NCBI GenBank assembly: GCA_002368665.1 | Contig: DFEK01000009.1 | Location: 32,962-96,961, forward strand | DNA: 64,000 nucleotides | Direction: 5' to 3' | Origin: Lachnospiraceae bacterium UBA3804 | GTDB lineage: Bacteria > Bacillota > Clostridia > Lachnospirales > Lachnospiraceae | Made by a program: the position numbers and the translations under genes | The notes under the pieces: generated by a model | What the model saw: only the letters and a program-made list of their open reading frames with translations | Database searches by the model: none | Told to the model about the DNA's origin: nothing | Shown here: one piece after another, positions 1 to 9,545 of the stretch | How the letters are laid out: each line of letters opens with the position of its first letter | Numbering within the stretch: position 1 is the first letter of the stretch

Positions 1-125
1 ATTTCTTCATCAATATCCTCTTTCAGTGTGCAGGACATACGAAAAGATCTGGTGTCGCGCTCATTTGCACTCGCCAGAAAAACTTTCGCCACATTATCCA
101 CTCTGTACCATGTATCTTTAGCCAT
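1..125 (-). CDS. 5' end of a CDS running off the left edge; function not assignable from 41 aa
   Basis: ATG at 123-125 (minus), 3 nt after the TAG of the preceding esterase gene. Frame is open to position 1 (MAKDTWYRVDNVAKVFLASANERDTRSFRMSCTLKEDIDEE...). Absent from the ORF track because the window edge truncates it. Confidence 0.4.
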   Translation of the reverse strand, partial: MAKDTWYRVDNVAKVFLASANERDTRSFRMSCTLKEDIDEE

Positions 126-128
126 AAT

Positions 129-1130
129 CTAGAACAAACCACCGATAAACCGGCTCACCGATTCCAGTGCCATGCCTGCTTTTTTCACAGGATGCATCTG
201 GAATACATGCCAGGCTTCTTCATATTCTTCAAGCGCAGCAAGAACACCCGCTTTCAAAAGGACATTGTATAGTCTGACGGAATCGTCTTTCAACACCTCG
301 TTGGATCCCACCTGAATCAGCACCGGCGGAAACGCATCAAAATCCGCATAAAGCGGACTGAATTTCGGATCCGAGAAATCAAAATTTTCATCTTCCATCG
401 TATAGTCTTTAACTTCGTCGGGATCGTTATACTCATCGTTTAAGCCGCAGTAGGAATATCTTGCGGCGCGGATGTAGTCGTAAGAAAGAATCGGGTCAAG
501 CTCCTTGCAGGATTCGTAACTTGAGCCGCTCATCGTCATATCCGTCCACGGGCTCATCAGTACAATACCTCTGGGGAGGAACCGGTACTGGGATTTTAAT
601 TTCAGTGCAAGTTCCAATGCAAGATTGCCGCCTGCGGAATCACCGAGTAAAACCACTTCTCTTGCACCGTAGCCAAGCTGCATCACATAATTCCAGATAA
701 CCAGTGCATCTTCCACGGCTGCCGGATAAGGATGTTCCGGAGCAAGACGGTATTCGAAAGACAAAACATCAAGCCCCGTATACTCCGCCACATGTGCAGC
801 CAGAATCCGTGCATACTGCAGGGATCCGCAGGTGTATCCCCCGCCGTGGCAATAAAGGATGATCCGGTCAGTCTCGTGTTTGAATTTCGGTCTGACCCAT
901 TCGCAGGGAATTTTTCTGACCTTAAAACTTTCCGCGGAGATATTCATGGAAAGCTTGGCGATACCACCCAGAAGATTCTGCGTGGAACGCTGCTTCTTAA
1001 TGTCTTCCAGATAAAACGATTTACCGGATGCCGAAACCTCATGAATTGCCTTCATGGCCTTCATTAATGGAGTCATCTGCAGTTCGTTTGTTTCATTGTC
1101 CGATGGCTGAATCACAATTTGTTTACTCAT
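129..1130 (-). CDS. alpha/beta-hydrolase esterase/lipase, hormone-sensitive-lipase (family IV, Aes-like) type
   Basis: 333-aa ORF with an HGGG oxyanion motif (YCHGGGYTCGS) and a GDSAGG nucleophile elbow. Confidence 0.85.
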   Translation of the reverse strand: MSKQIVIQPSDNETNELQMTPLMKAMKAIHEVSASGKSFYLEDIKKQRSTQNLLGGIAKLSMNISAESFKVRKIPCEWVRPKFKHETDRIILYCHGGGYTCGSLQYARILAAHVAEYTGLDVLSFEYRLAPEHPYPAAVEDALVIWNYVMQLGYGAREVVLLGDSAGGNLALELALKLKSQYRFLPRGIVLMSPWTDMTMSGSSYESCKELDPILSYDYIRAARYSYCGLNDEYNDPDEVKDYTMEDENFDFSDPKFSPLYADFDAFPPVLIQVGSNEVLKDDSVRLYNVLLKAGVLAALEEYEEAWHVFQMHPVKKAGMALESVSRFIGGLF

Positions 1131-1203
1131 TTTCCGTATCCCGTCAATTTACACCGTTAAAAACATCTTTTCTATTCTACCACAAAAAAGCGCAGGCAGC
1201 ACA

Positions 1204-1755
1204 TTAAATAACCGTGCTTTGTTGTTCCAGCATTTTCTTTGCCTTCGCACACCACTTAAGATACGCCTCGTAGGTTTCCGCGCCGAAGAGGGCCGTCAGA
1301 TAATAATAGAGGTGATCCTCCTCTTCTTTAATGGGTTCCAGCGCTTTACAGTGCATTTTAAGAATTTGCAGATCCTGCTTAATTTCCTCTTCGAATAATT
1401 CTATGTTTCGAAGTGCGGTCTCCCGGTCTGACGCGCCCGCAAAAAAGAGTTTCAGAAGTGTTTCATACCGAAGTTCATTGCAGGCTCTTTCCTCCTTCAG
1501 CCAGTTTTCCAAAGATTTCTTGCCCCTTGCCGTAATGTGATACGCAATTTTCTCCCTGGCTCCCTCCGAAGCTTTGCTGCTTTTCACCAGTTTGTCTTCT
1601 TCCAATTCTTTCAATGCAGGGTAGATATTCCCGAAACTTCCGTTCCAGAAAAACCGTATCGCCCCGTCTATGCGCTTTTTGATATCATATCCTGTCAGAT
1701 CCTCATGGTTTAAAAGTCCCAGAATTACCACATGAATCTTTTTTTCTCTGGCCAT
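1204..1755 (-). CDS. PadR family transcriptional regulator
   Basis: ORF track gives 1204-1776. I prefer the ATG at 1753-1755 (MAREKK...), which is preceded by AAAGGGGA. PadR-type winged helix (LTGYDIKKRI...GNIYPALKELEEDKLV). Confidence 0.8.
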   Translation of the reverse strand: MAREKKIHVVILGLLNHEDLTGYDIKKRIDGAIRFFWNGSFGNIYPALKELEEDKLVKSSKASEGAREKIAYHITARGKKSLENWLKEERACNELRYETLLKLFFAGASDRETALRNIELFEEEIKQDLQILKMHCKALEPIKEEEDHLYYYLTALFGAETYEAYLKWCAKAKKMLEQQSTVI

Positions 1756-1778
1756 TTTAATCCCCTTTCCGAACAAAA

Positions 1779-2582
1779 TTATTTAAGTACATCCTCTTTC
1801 ACATAACGAATCACTTCATCCGTTGTAAAGTAATCTTCATGCTTAATCCCGCTGAAAATTCTGCACTCTGCGTTCGGATAGCAGGCAGCAAGTTTATGCT
1901 GAAGTTTGTCACTTAGCGTTTCATCACCGTCCGAGCCGATAATCGTGACTGGGCAGGTGGTTGATGCTGCATAACGGTCTGCGCGGATATTGTTCCCTAT
2001 AAAAACCTGAAACGGTCCCCAGAAAATCGGAATGATCTTATTATACAAATCTGCACTTGTCCGGTATCCGGAGGCCAGTACAAGATGTTTGCATTCGCGT
2101 ACGCTTGCAAGATACGACGCCATTCCGCATCCGTAGCTGTGTCCAAAAATATAAATGTCTTTCTCCGGATATCTCTCTTTGGCATAGTCATATAACTCTT
2201 CCGCCGTTTGCTGCATCGAGCGCAGATTCATTCTTCCCCTGCTTTTTTGCGTTCCGTAATAATCCGCAGAAAGCATCGGGCAGTCGAAGGCACCCCCGTA
2301 CATTCCGATTGTATTGTAAGCGATATACATGGATCCTCCGAAGAACAGAATCACCTTGTCGGATTCTTTGTCCATATTGTAACCGTAGCCGTATAATTTC
2401 TCGGAGATTTGAATTTCCTCGGGTTCATACGTAACCTCTTTCAGCTGCCTGTCTCCTTTGTAAAAAGAATACGAAACGGTCTGCATGACGGTATCACTGA
2501 CAAAATAAACAATCAGAACGATCATTATGACTTTCAGAATGATGTATGCTGTATTCATTTGATTTTTCCTCATATGTCTCAT
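1779..2582 (-). CDS. membrane-anchored alpha/beta hydrolase
   Basis: 267-aa ORF with an N-terminal TM segment and a GHSYGCG nucleophile elbow. Start uncertain: no SD before 2582, and GAGG-9 nt-ATG at 2558 is an alternative. Confidence 0.7.
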   Translation of the reverse strand: MRHMRKNQMNTAYIILKVIMIVLIVYFVSDTVMQTVSYSFYKGDRQLKEVTYEPEEIQISEKLYGYGYNMDKESDKVILFFGGSMYIAYNTIGMYGGAFDCPMLSADYYGTQKSRGRMNLRSMQQTAEELYDYAKERYPEKDIYIFGHSYGCGMASYLASVRECKHLVLASGYRTSADLYNKIIPIFWGPFQVFIGNNIRADRYAASTTCPVTIIGSDGDETLSDKLQHKLAACYPNAECRIFSGIKHEDYFTTDEVIRYVKEDVLK

Positions 2583-2619
2583 CTTTGCGGTTTGTGTTAG
2601 TTTGTGTTAGTGTACTGGT

Positions 2620-2678
2620 ATATATCATTTTGATATATCTTATCGATATATAATACTTTCTTTACGGTGGAATGTCAA
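2620..2678 (-). promoter_or_regulatory. sigma-A-type promoter of the hydrolase-PadR operon with AT-palindrome candidate operators
   Basis: Minus strand TTGACA (2673-2678), 17 nt, TATTAT (2650-2655). ATATATC-N5-GATATAT (2620-2638) and GATATATC/GATATATA (2632-2639, 2645-2652) overlap the -10 and +1. Confidence 0.55.
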
Positions 2679-2770
2679 ATTACCTAGTAACGAATCCATT
2701 GGGGTCTGTAGCATCAAAAAAAGAGTCGTCAAACGGCTCCTTTCGTACGGTTCGTATTTAACGATAATGC

Positions 2771-3526
2771 TTACCGTTTTCTTACCCAGTCCATAATGAG
2801 TTCCACGGTCTGCTTTTGCTGTTCCGAGGCTGTAATTGTCGCATTCCTGTCTCCGTGCTGCTTGCCGTAGTTGCCGAACTGTCCGTGATTGCCGCCGGCC
2901 AGGACATACTTCTCGGTATCTTTCGGAAGATATCGTTCGGCTTTGGCCATTTTAGACCTGTTTAAAATTCCGTCTTCGGAGCCGTAAATGCTGATGCACC
3001 GAATATCATCCCCCATTTCTTTGGCCGGATAAGCGGCAAGCAAAATGACTCCCTCGAATTTGTCCGCATGGTCGGAAGCATAGTAAGCTGCCATGCAGCC
3101 ACCCAGGGAATGTCCGCCGATATACCGGTTCTCGTAGGAATACTGCGAAATAACATCATCCGCTTTATTTGGTTTTATAATTGCAAGATCATAGGGCATA
3201 TCCACCAACAGAACATCCATGCCCTCTGCAGCGATTGCATGCAGAATCGGTGCGTAGGCAGGCGCATCCACCTTGGCTCCCTGATAAAAGATAAGTGCAT
3301 CGCTCTCAGACGGACCATCAAAAAAATAACCGTAATCGGTCTTTGTGATCTCAACCGTATCATCCGATTGAAGTGCGGCTTTGGCAGTCTCATCGGCATG
3401 ATATGAAGTCAGCATATAAACCGTATTGGCAAGGGTATACAGAATAAACAGGACCAGCGCAATTCGTCCGATCCCTTTTAAAATCTTTTGTTTTTTCGTT
3501 TGCTGCTTCGCCGCCCTGTGTTTCAA
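2771..3526 (-). CDS. membrane-anchored alpha/beta hydrolase
   Basis: 251-aa ORF with a TTG start at 3524-3526 immediately after the patatin stop. TM anchor, then a GGHSLGG nucleophile elbow. Confidence 0.7.
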   Translation of the reverse strand: MKHRAAKQQTKKQKILKGIGRIALVLFILYTLANTVYMLTSYHADETAKAALQSDDTVEITKTDYGYFFDGPSESDALIFYQGAKVDAPAYAPILHAIAAEGMDVLLVDMPYDLAIIKPNKADDVISQYSYENRYIGGHSLGGCMAAYYASDHADKFEGVILLAAYPAKEMGDDIRCISIYGSEDGILNRSKMAKAERYLPKDTEKYVLAGGNHGQFGNYGKQHGDRNATITASEQQKQTVELIMDWVRKR

Positions 3527-3527
3527 A

Positions 3528-4376
3528 CTATCGGATATCCTTTCTTAACAGTTTTTGCGAGAATTTGTTTAATCCCGTCGTTAAGACTTCTCCGGTGATT
3601 CTGACGCGGATGTCTTCATCACGGTTTATGATCCCGTGCCGGATTGCTTCGATATCCGTGTAATCCTCCCCGATCACACTTTTTAACAGATAACTGGTTC
3701 TGTCGTATCCACGAGTGATCATATTCTGGATATGACTTTTGGTAAACACCAGGGAATGCTTGACAAAAGCATCATCCGGGAAGGTGATGTGGATGATCTT
3801 GCTGTCGAAATTCTTGCTCTCAAAACGATAACTGTAAGTATCAAAGTAAACACAGATAATGTAATCCAGGTTCTTAAGCTTGAGCGGAAAAATCGGAATA
3901 TTGTCAATCATCGCACCGTCAAAGTACCGAATTCCGTCGATTTTCACCGACTGGTTGTATACGGGCATGCTAACACTTGCGCGAAGATACGGCAGCACAT
4001 TCTCGGGATTCTCCCTGCGAAGGTTTTTGTATGTGATCTTCATCTTCGAATAGTTCAGCAAAGAGATATAGAAATTTCTGTGCATACGGCTCTCGGGATT
4101 ATAAATTTTCTTGATATCCTCCTGAAGCATGCAGCTTCTTAAAACCGTACTGATGAAAAGACGCTTGTCTTCGATGCACAGCTCCTTCCACAGTTCTTCC
4201 GCTTCATCCAGTTTGCCCTGGTCAAAAGCATAACCGTTCAGCACTCCGATGGAAGCACAGCTCATATGCGTAATTGCCTCTTTGGGAATGAAATTTGTGA
4301 TTGCTTTTAAAACACCGACTTCATATGCGCCCTTTGCCATTCCTCCGGCAAGAACAAGCCCTACCCTGACTCCCAT
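3528..4376 (-). CDS. patatin-like phospholipase
   Basis: ORF track gives 3528-4403. AGGAGG lies 7 nt before the ATG at 4374-4376 (MGVRVGLVLAGG...). Glycine-rich AGGMAKG motif, a CASIG serine elbow variant, and DGAMIDN (the catalytic-dyad Asp motif). Confidence 0.8.
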   Translation of the reverse strand: MGVRVGLVLAGGMAKGAYEVGVLKAITNFIPKEAITHMSCASIGVLNGYAFDQGKLDEAEELWKELCIEDKRLFISTVLRSCMLQEDIKKIYNPESRMHRNFYISLLNYSKMKITYKNLRRENPENVLPYLRASVSMPVYNQSVKIDGIRYFDGAMIDNIPIFPLKLKNLDYIICVYFDTYSYRFESKNFDSKIIHITFPDDAFVKHSLVFTKSHIQNMITRGYDRTSYLLKSVIGEDYTDIEAIRHGIINRDEDIRVRITGEVLTTGLNKFSQKLLRKDIR

Positions 4377-4456
4377 GGAGATTCCTCCTACAGATAAGTC
4401 CACCGGAGGATAACCTCCGATGGACCGTGAATACTGTCTGATACTTCTGATTCAGT

Positions 4457-6031
4457 TTATTTTAACATGCTTTCTTCCCAGCTGTCAAAAGGCTTGATGC
4501 CAAGTAATCCGGCAACGGTGGGAGCAACGTTTGCAAGTCCGAATGCGCCCTGCTTCATCTCATGACGTGCGTCTTTGTCGTAGATAATGAAAGGAACGGG
4601 ATTTAAGCTGTGTGCGGTACGAACTTCAATATTGCCTTTTTTATTCTTCTCAAGCATCTGATCGGAGTTTCCGTGATCCGCGGTAACAACAAGGATATAT
4701 CCTTCCGCATCGCAAACTTTCTTGATACGTGCAAGCTGAAGGTCAACGCTTTCTACTGCGATTTCGGTAGCATCCAAACTTCCGGTATGTCCAACCATGT
4801 CACCATTGGGGAAGTTGCAGCGGATAAATCCGTACTTATGGCTCTTCATCGCATCCATAACGCAGTCTGCAATCTCGGTAGCCTTCATCCAGGGTGCTTC
4901 GTCGAAGGAACGAACGTCGGAAGGGATCTCGCAGTAATCTTCGAGTTCTTCGGAAACCTTTCCGGAGCGGTTACCGTTCCAGAAATAGGTTACATGGCCG
5001 TATTTCTGAGTTTCGGATACGGCATATTCTTTGATACCGTGCTCAACAAGCAGTTCGGTAAGAGTATCCTTGATCTGAGGAGGATTTACAAGATATTTGT
5101 GAGGAATCTTTAAATCTCCGTCATATTCAAGCATTCCGGCATATTTTACATTCGGGATTGCGCCACGGTCAAACTTGTCAAAGGACGCATCTCCGTCGAA
5201 TGCCATGGAGATCTCGAGTGCACGGTCACCACGGAAGTTGAATAAAATTACGCTGTCTCCGTCTTCCATTGCACCTACGGGCTTGCCGTTCTCGGCAATG
5301 ACGAAGGATCCGAGATCCTGATCGATTGCTCCGGTCTCTGCACGAAGGGTATCCACTGCTTCTTTAGCGGAAGCGAACTGACGGCCTTCACCATGAACGT
5401 GAACTTCCCAGCCATCCTTAACCATCTGCCAGTTTGCCTGATAACGGTCCATGGTGATCTTCATACGTCCGCCGCCGGAAGCGATGCGTCCGTCGAAGGA
5501 ATCATCATTCAGTTCGGCAAGGGTATTCTCGAGCATTGCAATGTACTCGGGAGCACTTGTTGCGGGAACATCACGTCCGTCAAGTAAAATGTGAACTCTT
5601 GCTTTTTTCACACCTTCCTTCTTGGCCTCTTTCAACATTGCAAGAAGATGGCTGATGTTGGAATGTACATTACCGTCGGAAAGAAGTCCGATGAAATGTA
5701 AGGTCTTGTCGTTAGCCACTACGGCGTTAACCAGTTCTTTCCAGGTCTCGCTTGTGTAAATGTTTCCGGATTCAATCGATTCATTTACAAGCTTTGCGCC
5801 CTGGGAATAAATCTGTCCGCATCCCAAAGCGTTATGTCCCACCTCACTGTTACCCATATCGTCATCAGTGGGAAGACCTACTGCTGCACCATGTGCCTTA
5901 ATTGTCTGCCAGGGGCAGGTAGCTTTAAATTCATCCAGCGTAGGGGTGTTGGCCCGAAGGACCATGTTACCGAGTTCTTCCGGTGTTTCACCTACACCGT
6001 CCATTACAACCAGTACTACAGGTTTATCCAT
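4457..6031 (-). CDS. gpmI: 2,3-bisphosphoglycerate-independent phosphoglycerate mutase
   Basis: ORF track gives 4457-6064. AAGGAGG precedes the ATG at 6029-6031 (MDKPVVLVVMDGVG...). GNSEVGH motif and full-length iPGM-like sequence. Confidence 0.93.
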   Translation of the reverse strand: MDKPVVLVVMDGVGETPEELGNMVLRANTPTLDEFKATCPWQTIKAHGAAVGLPTDDDMGNSEVGHNALGCGQIYSQGAKLVNESIESGNIYTSETWKELVNAVVANDKTLHFIGLLSDGNVHSNISHLLAMLKEAKKEGVKKARVHILLDGRDVPATSAPEYIAMLENTLAELNDDSFDGRIASGGGRMKITMDRYQANWQMVKDGWEVHVHGEGRQFASAKEAVDTLRAETGAIDQDLGSFVIAENGKPVGAMEDGDSVILFNFRGDRALEISMAFDGDASFDKFDRGAIPNVKYAGMLEYDGDLKIPHKYLVNPPQIKDTLTELLVEHGIKEYAVSETQKYGHVTYFWNGNRSGKVSEELEDYCEIPSDVRSFDEAPWMKATEIADCVMDAMKSHKYGFIRCNFPNGDMVGHTGSLDATEIAVESVDLQLARIKKVCDAEGYILVVTADHGNSDQMLEKNKKGNIEVRTAHSLNPVPFIIYDKDARHEMKQGAFGLANVAPTVAGLLGIKPFDSWEESMLK

Positions 6032-6106
6032 TGTAAAAACCTCCTTAATATAATTTAAACCCATTTGGGGTTAGTAACTTCTAACGGTTTATTATAACAA
6101 AGATGA

Positions 6107-6136
6107 TTGATAAATGCAATTTATCTTTGCTATAAT
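6107..6136 (+). promoter_or_regulatory. promoter positioned for a leaderless transcript of the next gene
   Basis: TTGATA (6107-6112), 18 nt, TATAAT (6131-6136), then 6 nt to the ATG at 6143. No SD upstream of that ATG. Confidence 0.45.
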
Positions 6137-6142
6137 GCCCTC

Positions 6143-7831
6143 ATGGATAAGGCACATTTACTTCCAATGATATACATCGGCTCGTTTCTTTTATTTCTGT
6201 TACTCTTAATCCCCTTGGGAAGAAAGAAAAAAAGAATCCGCATAGGATACGCCGTTCTGGCCGCAATCTTTTTCTGCGGTGCACTGTTTGTGTGCATTCT
6301 AGCCGGTGCAAAAGGAACATTATACTTTGCGCCGACGGAAGATGCCCAGACGAGCGCAGGGCGGTTTTTAGACTACTGTGTGACGGATAACGAAGAAGCT
6401 GCCATGGAAATGCTTTCCTCCGAGGAGCCCTTATTTGTCACATTTAAGGATGCGGGTGAAACGGAGAAATATATCTTCAACACACTGCGTCAAAGCCTCT
6501 CCTACAGGCTTGACGGAACCGCTGCCATGAACGGAACGCATGCGTCCGTACCGGCAACCGTAACTTATCTGAATCTTTCGTCCCTTTCCCCCGATCTTTC
6601 GGACAAGGTCAATTCCCTGCTAAAAGACAAAGTGGAAAATTCAAGGAAGGCCGAAGTTTTCGATGAAAATAACGAGTACCGGCCCAACGTTTTGAATATG
6701 CTTTACGAAGAAGCCGTAGTCGGAATCCTGCAAACACCCGATAAATATCTGGAAGAATCCTCCTTCGATCTGGAAATGGATTATAAAGACGGCGAGTGGA
6801 AGATTGCACCGAATGCAGCCTTAAAACTTGCTCTTGCGGGAGGATCCAATTCCGGTGCAAATCTTGCTTCCAATGTCAGAAGCGAAGTTTTGGGAGAACT
6901 GACTTATATTCCCAAAATCTATACCATCGAAGAAAATGCTCCCCGCGGACCGAAGCCCAATCCGGACAAATACGGTACCGCCGAAGATCCGATGGAAATC
7001 GTGAAGCTTGTGGAAAGTAATCCGAATCTTACCGCAGGCAAGAAATGTTTCTTCGACCCGAATGCCAAATTCATTCACATCAAGCAGGAATACTACTGTG
7101 ATGAAACCATCCTTTGCTATACCTGGAGAGAACTCTTCAACGGACATGCCTGCACATTTGCGGAAGTCTATATTGCAGATCCTTCACAGTTCAGGAGAAA
7201 ATTCTCACAGGATATGTACGGCTCTCCCATTCAGAAATACGCCTCCGAATTATCGAAAGAATCCAATGCGGTTCTTGCAATGAACGGTGATTTCTATAAA
7301 TTCCGTGCGGAAGGAATGACCGTATATCAAAGACAGTTATATCGTTTCAATCCGTATAAACTCGAGCTCTGCCATGTCAATTCCAAAGGAGACCTGCTCT
7401 TTACCTACGCGGGAGAACTGGACTCCAAAGAAACAGCGGAACAGTATATTCAGGATAATGATGTCCTCTTCACTTTGGCATTCGGCCCTGTTTTGGTAGC
7501 AAACGGACAGCCCCACGAGTCTTCGGGCAGCTATCTTCTCGGCCAGGTGAACGAAACCTATTCCCGTTCCGTTCTGGCAAGAGGTGAGCCGAATCATTAT
7601 CTGCTCATGACCATTAACCACGGCTACAATGCCCCGACCGCAACCATCGCCCAGACCAGAGAGATTATGGTTCAGAAAGGTGTCACGGACGCCTACGTTT
7701 TAGACGGCGGACAGACGGCCGAAATCATCATGCAGCACAAAGTCTTAAACCATATTGATTTCGATGCGGAACGCGCCGTAAGCGATATCCTTTATTTTGC
7801 AACGGCTCTGCCGGAGGAGGAGAACCAATGA
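6143..7831 (+). CDS. membrane-anchored phosphodiester glycosidase family protein (NAGPA/DUF2233-like C-terminal domain)
   Basis: ORF track starts at TTG 6107; the ATG at 6143 (MDKAHLL...) is preferred. TM anchor. The C-terminal region (AMNGDFYKF...YVLDGGQTAEI) resembles the phosphodiester glycosidase family. Confidence 0.6.
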   Translation: MDKAHLLPMIYIGSFLLFLLLLIPLGRKKKRIRIGYAVLAAIFFCGALFVCILAGAKGTLYFAPTEDAQTSAGRFLDYCVTDNEEAAMEMLSSEEPLFVTFKDAGETEKYIFNTLRQSLSYRLDGTAAMNGTHASVPATVTYLNLSSLSPDLSDKVNSLLKDKVENSRKAEVFDENNEYRPNVLNMLYEEAVVGILQTPDKYLEESSFDLEMDYKDGEWKIAPNAALKLALAGGSNSGANLASNVRSEVLGELTYIPKIYTIEENAPRGPKPNPDKYGTAEDPMEIVKLVESNPNLTAGKKCFFDPNAKFIHIKQEYYCDETILCYTWRELFNGHACTFAEVYIADPSQFRRKFSQDMYGSPIQKYASELSKESNAVLAMNGDFYKFRAEGMTVYQRQLYRFNPYKLELCHVNSKGDLLFTYAGELDSKETAEQYIQDNDVLFTLAFGPVLVANGQPHESSGSYLLGQVNETYSRSVLARGEPNHYLLMTINHGYNAPTATIAQTREIMVQKGVTDAYVLDGGQTAEIIMQHKVLNHIDFDAERAVSDILYFATALPEEENQ

Positions 7832-8811
7832 TGGAATCAACTGCTTTTATCAGGGGTACAATCGAAATCTCCTGGAACGCCATATTGATTGCTTTGGCGG
7901 TACTCACCTGGTTCTTTGCATCCGCAGCCCTGTATACCGGAAAGAAAAACAAGGTCATTGCCATCTGGCTGATGCTTCCTTTTGCATTCTTTCTCAGTGC
8001 ATTCCTGTCAAGGAGCGTATACTGGTACAGCCACCAGTCGCAGTTCCACGGATATCTCGATGCCCTGAAATCCACGGATCTGAGTGCATTCTCTCTCCTC
8101 GGAATCCTGCCCGGCATTTTCATTTCCGCCGCTTTAATGCGACTGTTTCGGATCAATACGAATCTGCCGCAGCTTTTGGATGATATCTCGGCGCCCACAT
8201 CCTTTATGGTGGCACTGCTTTATCTGACATGTCTTTTCAATGACTCCTGCCGCGGAAAGATTTTGATCACCAATCCGGCGTTTCACAAATTACCCTTTGC
8301 ATATATCAATATCAATCCGCAGGGTGAAGCGGAATACCGCCTGGCGACATTTTTCATCGGGTTTATAATCATGCTCATCATCGGTATCGCAACCTTGTTT
8401 TTCCATTTTTATCACAAAAAAGAAAAAGGCCTAACAGCCTTCTTTTTCCTAGTGTATTATTCCGCAGCGGAATTTGTGATTGAAAGTACAAGATATGATG
8501 CAGGCTATTTTCCGACCAATGGTTTCGTCAGCATCATTCAGATTTTCTCGGCCGTATGTGTTGTAGCGACCATGGTTTATTTCACCGTCGAGAGGGCCAA
8601 AAAGAAAGGCTTCGGCGCCGTGATCATAATTCTTTGGATTACACAGCTCCTGATTCTGACGGCAACGGGTATACTCGAATACCTCGTACAGCGTCACGGC
8701 GACTGGGCATATTTTCTGCACCCTTCCATGTGTGTAAGCTGCTTCTTTATGGCGTTTGTTCCGATGCTGATGCATCCGAAGAAAACGCCTAAAACAACAT
8801 CCGATTCTTAA
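7828..8811 (+). CDS. polytopic membrane protein, unknown function
   Basis: 327-aa ORF with about 8 hydrophobic segments. Its ATG overlaps the upstream TGA (ATGATG at 7828-7833), indicating translational coupling. Confidence 0.6.
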   Translation: MMESTAFIRGTIEISWNAILIALAVLTWFFASAALYTGKKNKVIAIWLMLPFAFFLSAFLSRSVYWYSHQSQFHGYLDALKSTDLSAFSLLGILPGIFISAALMRLFRINTNLPQLLDDISAPTSFMVALLYLTCLFNDSCRGKILITNPAFHKLPFAYININPQGEAEYRLATFFIGFIIMLIIGIATLFFHFYHKKEKGLTAFFFLVYYSAAEFVIESTRYDAGYFPTNGFVSIIQIFSAVCVVATMVYFTVERAKKKGFGAVIIILWITQLLILTATGILEYLVQRHGDWAYFLHPSMCVSCFFMAFVPMLMHPKKTPKTTSDS

Positions 8812-9544
8812 GCCTGTAGATGTAGGCTTTGTCCTTTTTTTCTCTTTCAACCGTTCCCAGACGATACAAAAGCAATAGCGCTACCGAAGCATCATTCGGA
8901 CCGAGTGCCGACAGGCGTGCAAACTCTTTGGCCGTAAACTCATCCGGCAGTGTATCCGGAAGTAACTTAACTACATCTGTAAGACTTTCGAATTTCCTTT
9001 CCTCCAGAAGCTCCGTCGGGACCTTGTCGGTTTTGGTTGCGCGGATCTTCTTCTCTTTCCCGAATCCGTCCAAAAGACGGTAATCCTCCGTAGACAACTC
9101 CGCAATGATCAAATGCAGTCTCGGATTGTCCAGATACTCTCTGATTCCGTACAGTTCCCGGAAAACCTTATAGATCTTCTTCGGTGTCTTCGTCGTCCTG
9201 CTTTTTCTTACCTCTCCCGTTTCCGGGTCAATCCAGTTAATCGTATTGACCACCGAAACCGGGTAGACAATCGTCACCTCCATTTCCCATGTATTTAAGA
9301 ACTCTTCCAGTTTTGCGTTCAAACGGTAAAACTGCCTGGTCTGGATCTCGTGGATCTCTCCGTCCACACAGGTATCCGCCACGTGGCCCCCGACCTTGAC
9401 TTCATGGTATTTTTCATCCGGAGCATAGTAAAATTTCAACACGGAGTGAACGCTTTTCTCCGAAAGCGTTCCGATTCCGCGCTCTCCCTGCATTTTACCG
9501 AGCATCTGCTCTTTCGCTTTGGCAAAAAGAGACCGATCTGTCAT
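8789..9544 (-). CDS. conserved hypothetical protein, possible PD-(D/E)xK-like nuclease fold
   Basis: 251-aa ORF starting 1 nt after the MATE stop. The ADTCVDGEIHEIQTRQ stretch resembles the D...E-x-Q/K nuclease motif seen in CoiA-like proteins. The function call is weak. Confidence 0.35.
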   Translation of the reverse strand: MTDRSLFAKAKEQMLGKMQGERGIGTLSEKSVHSVLKFYYAPDEKYHEVKVGGHVADTCVDGEIHEIQTRQFYRLNAKLEEFLNTWEMEVTIVYPVSVVNTINWIDPETGEVRKSRTTKTPKKIYKVFRELYGIREYLDNPRLHLIIAELSTEDYRLLDGFGKEKKIRATKTDKVPTELLEERKFESLTDVVKLLPDTLPDEFTAKEFARLSALGPNDASVALLLLYRLGTVEREKKDKAYIYRLKNRMLF

Positions 9545-9545
9545 G

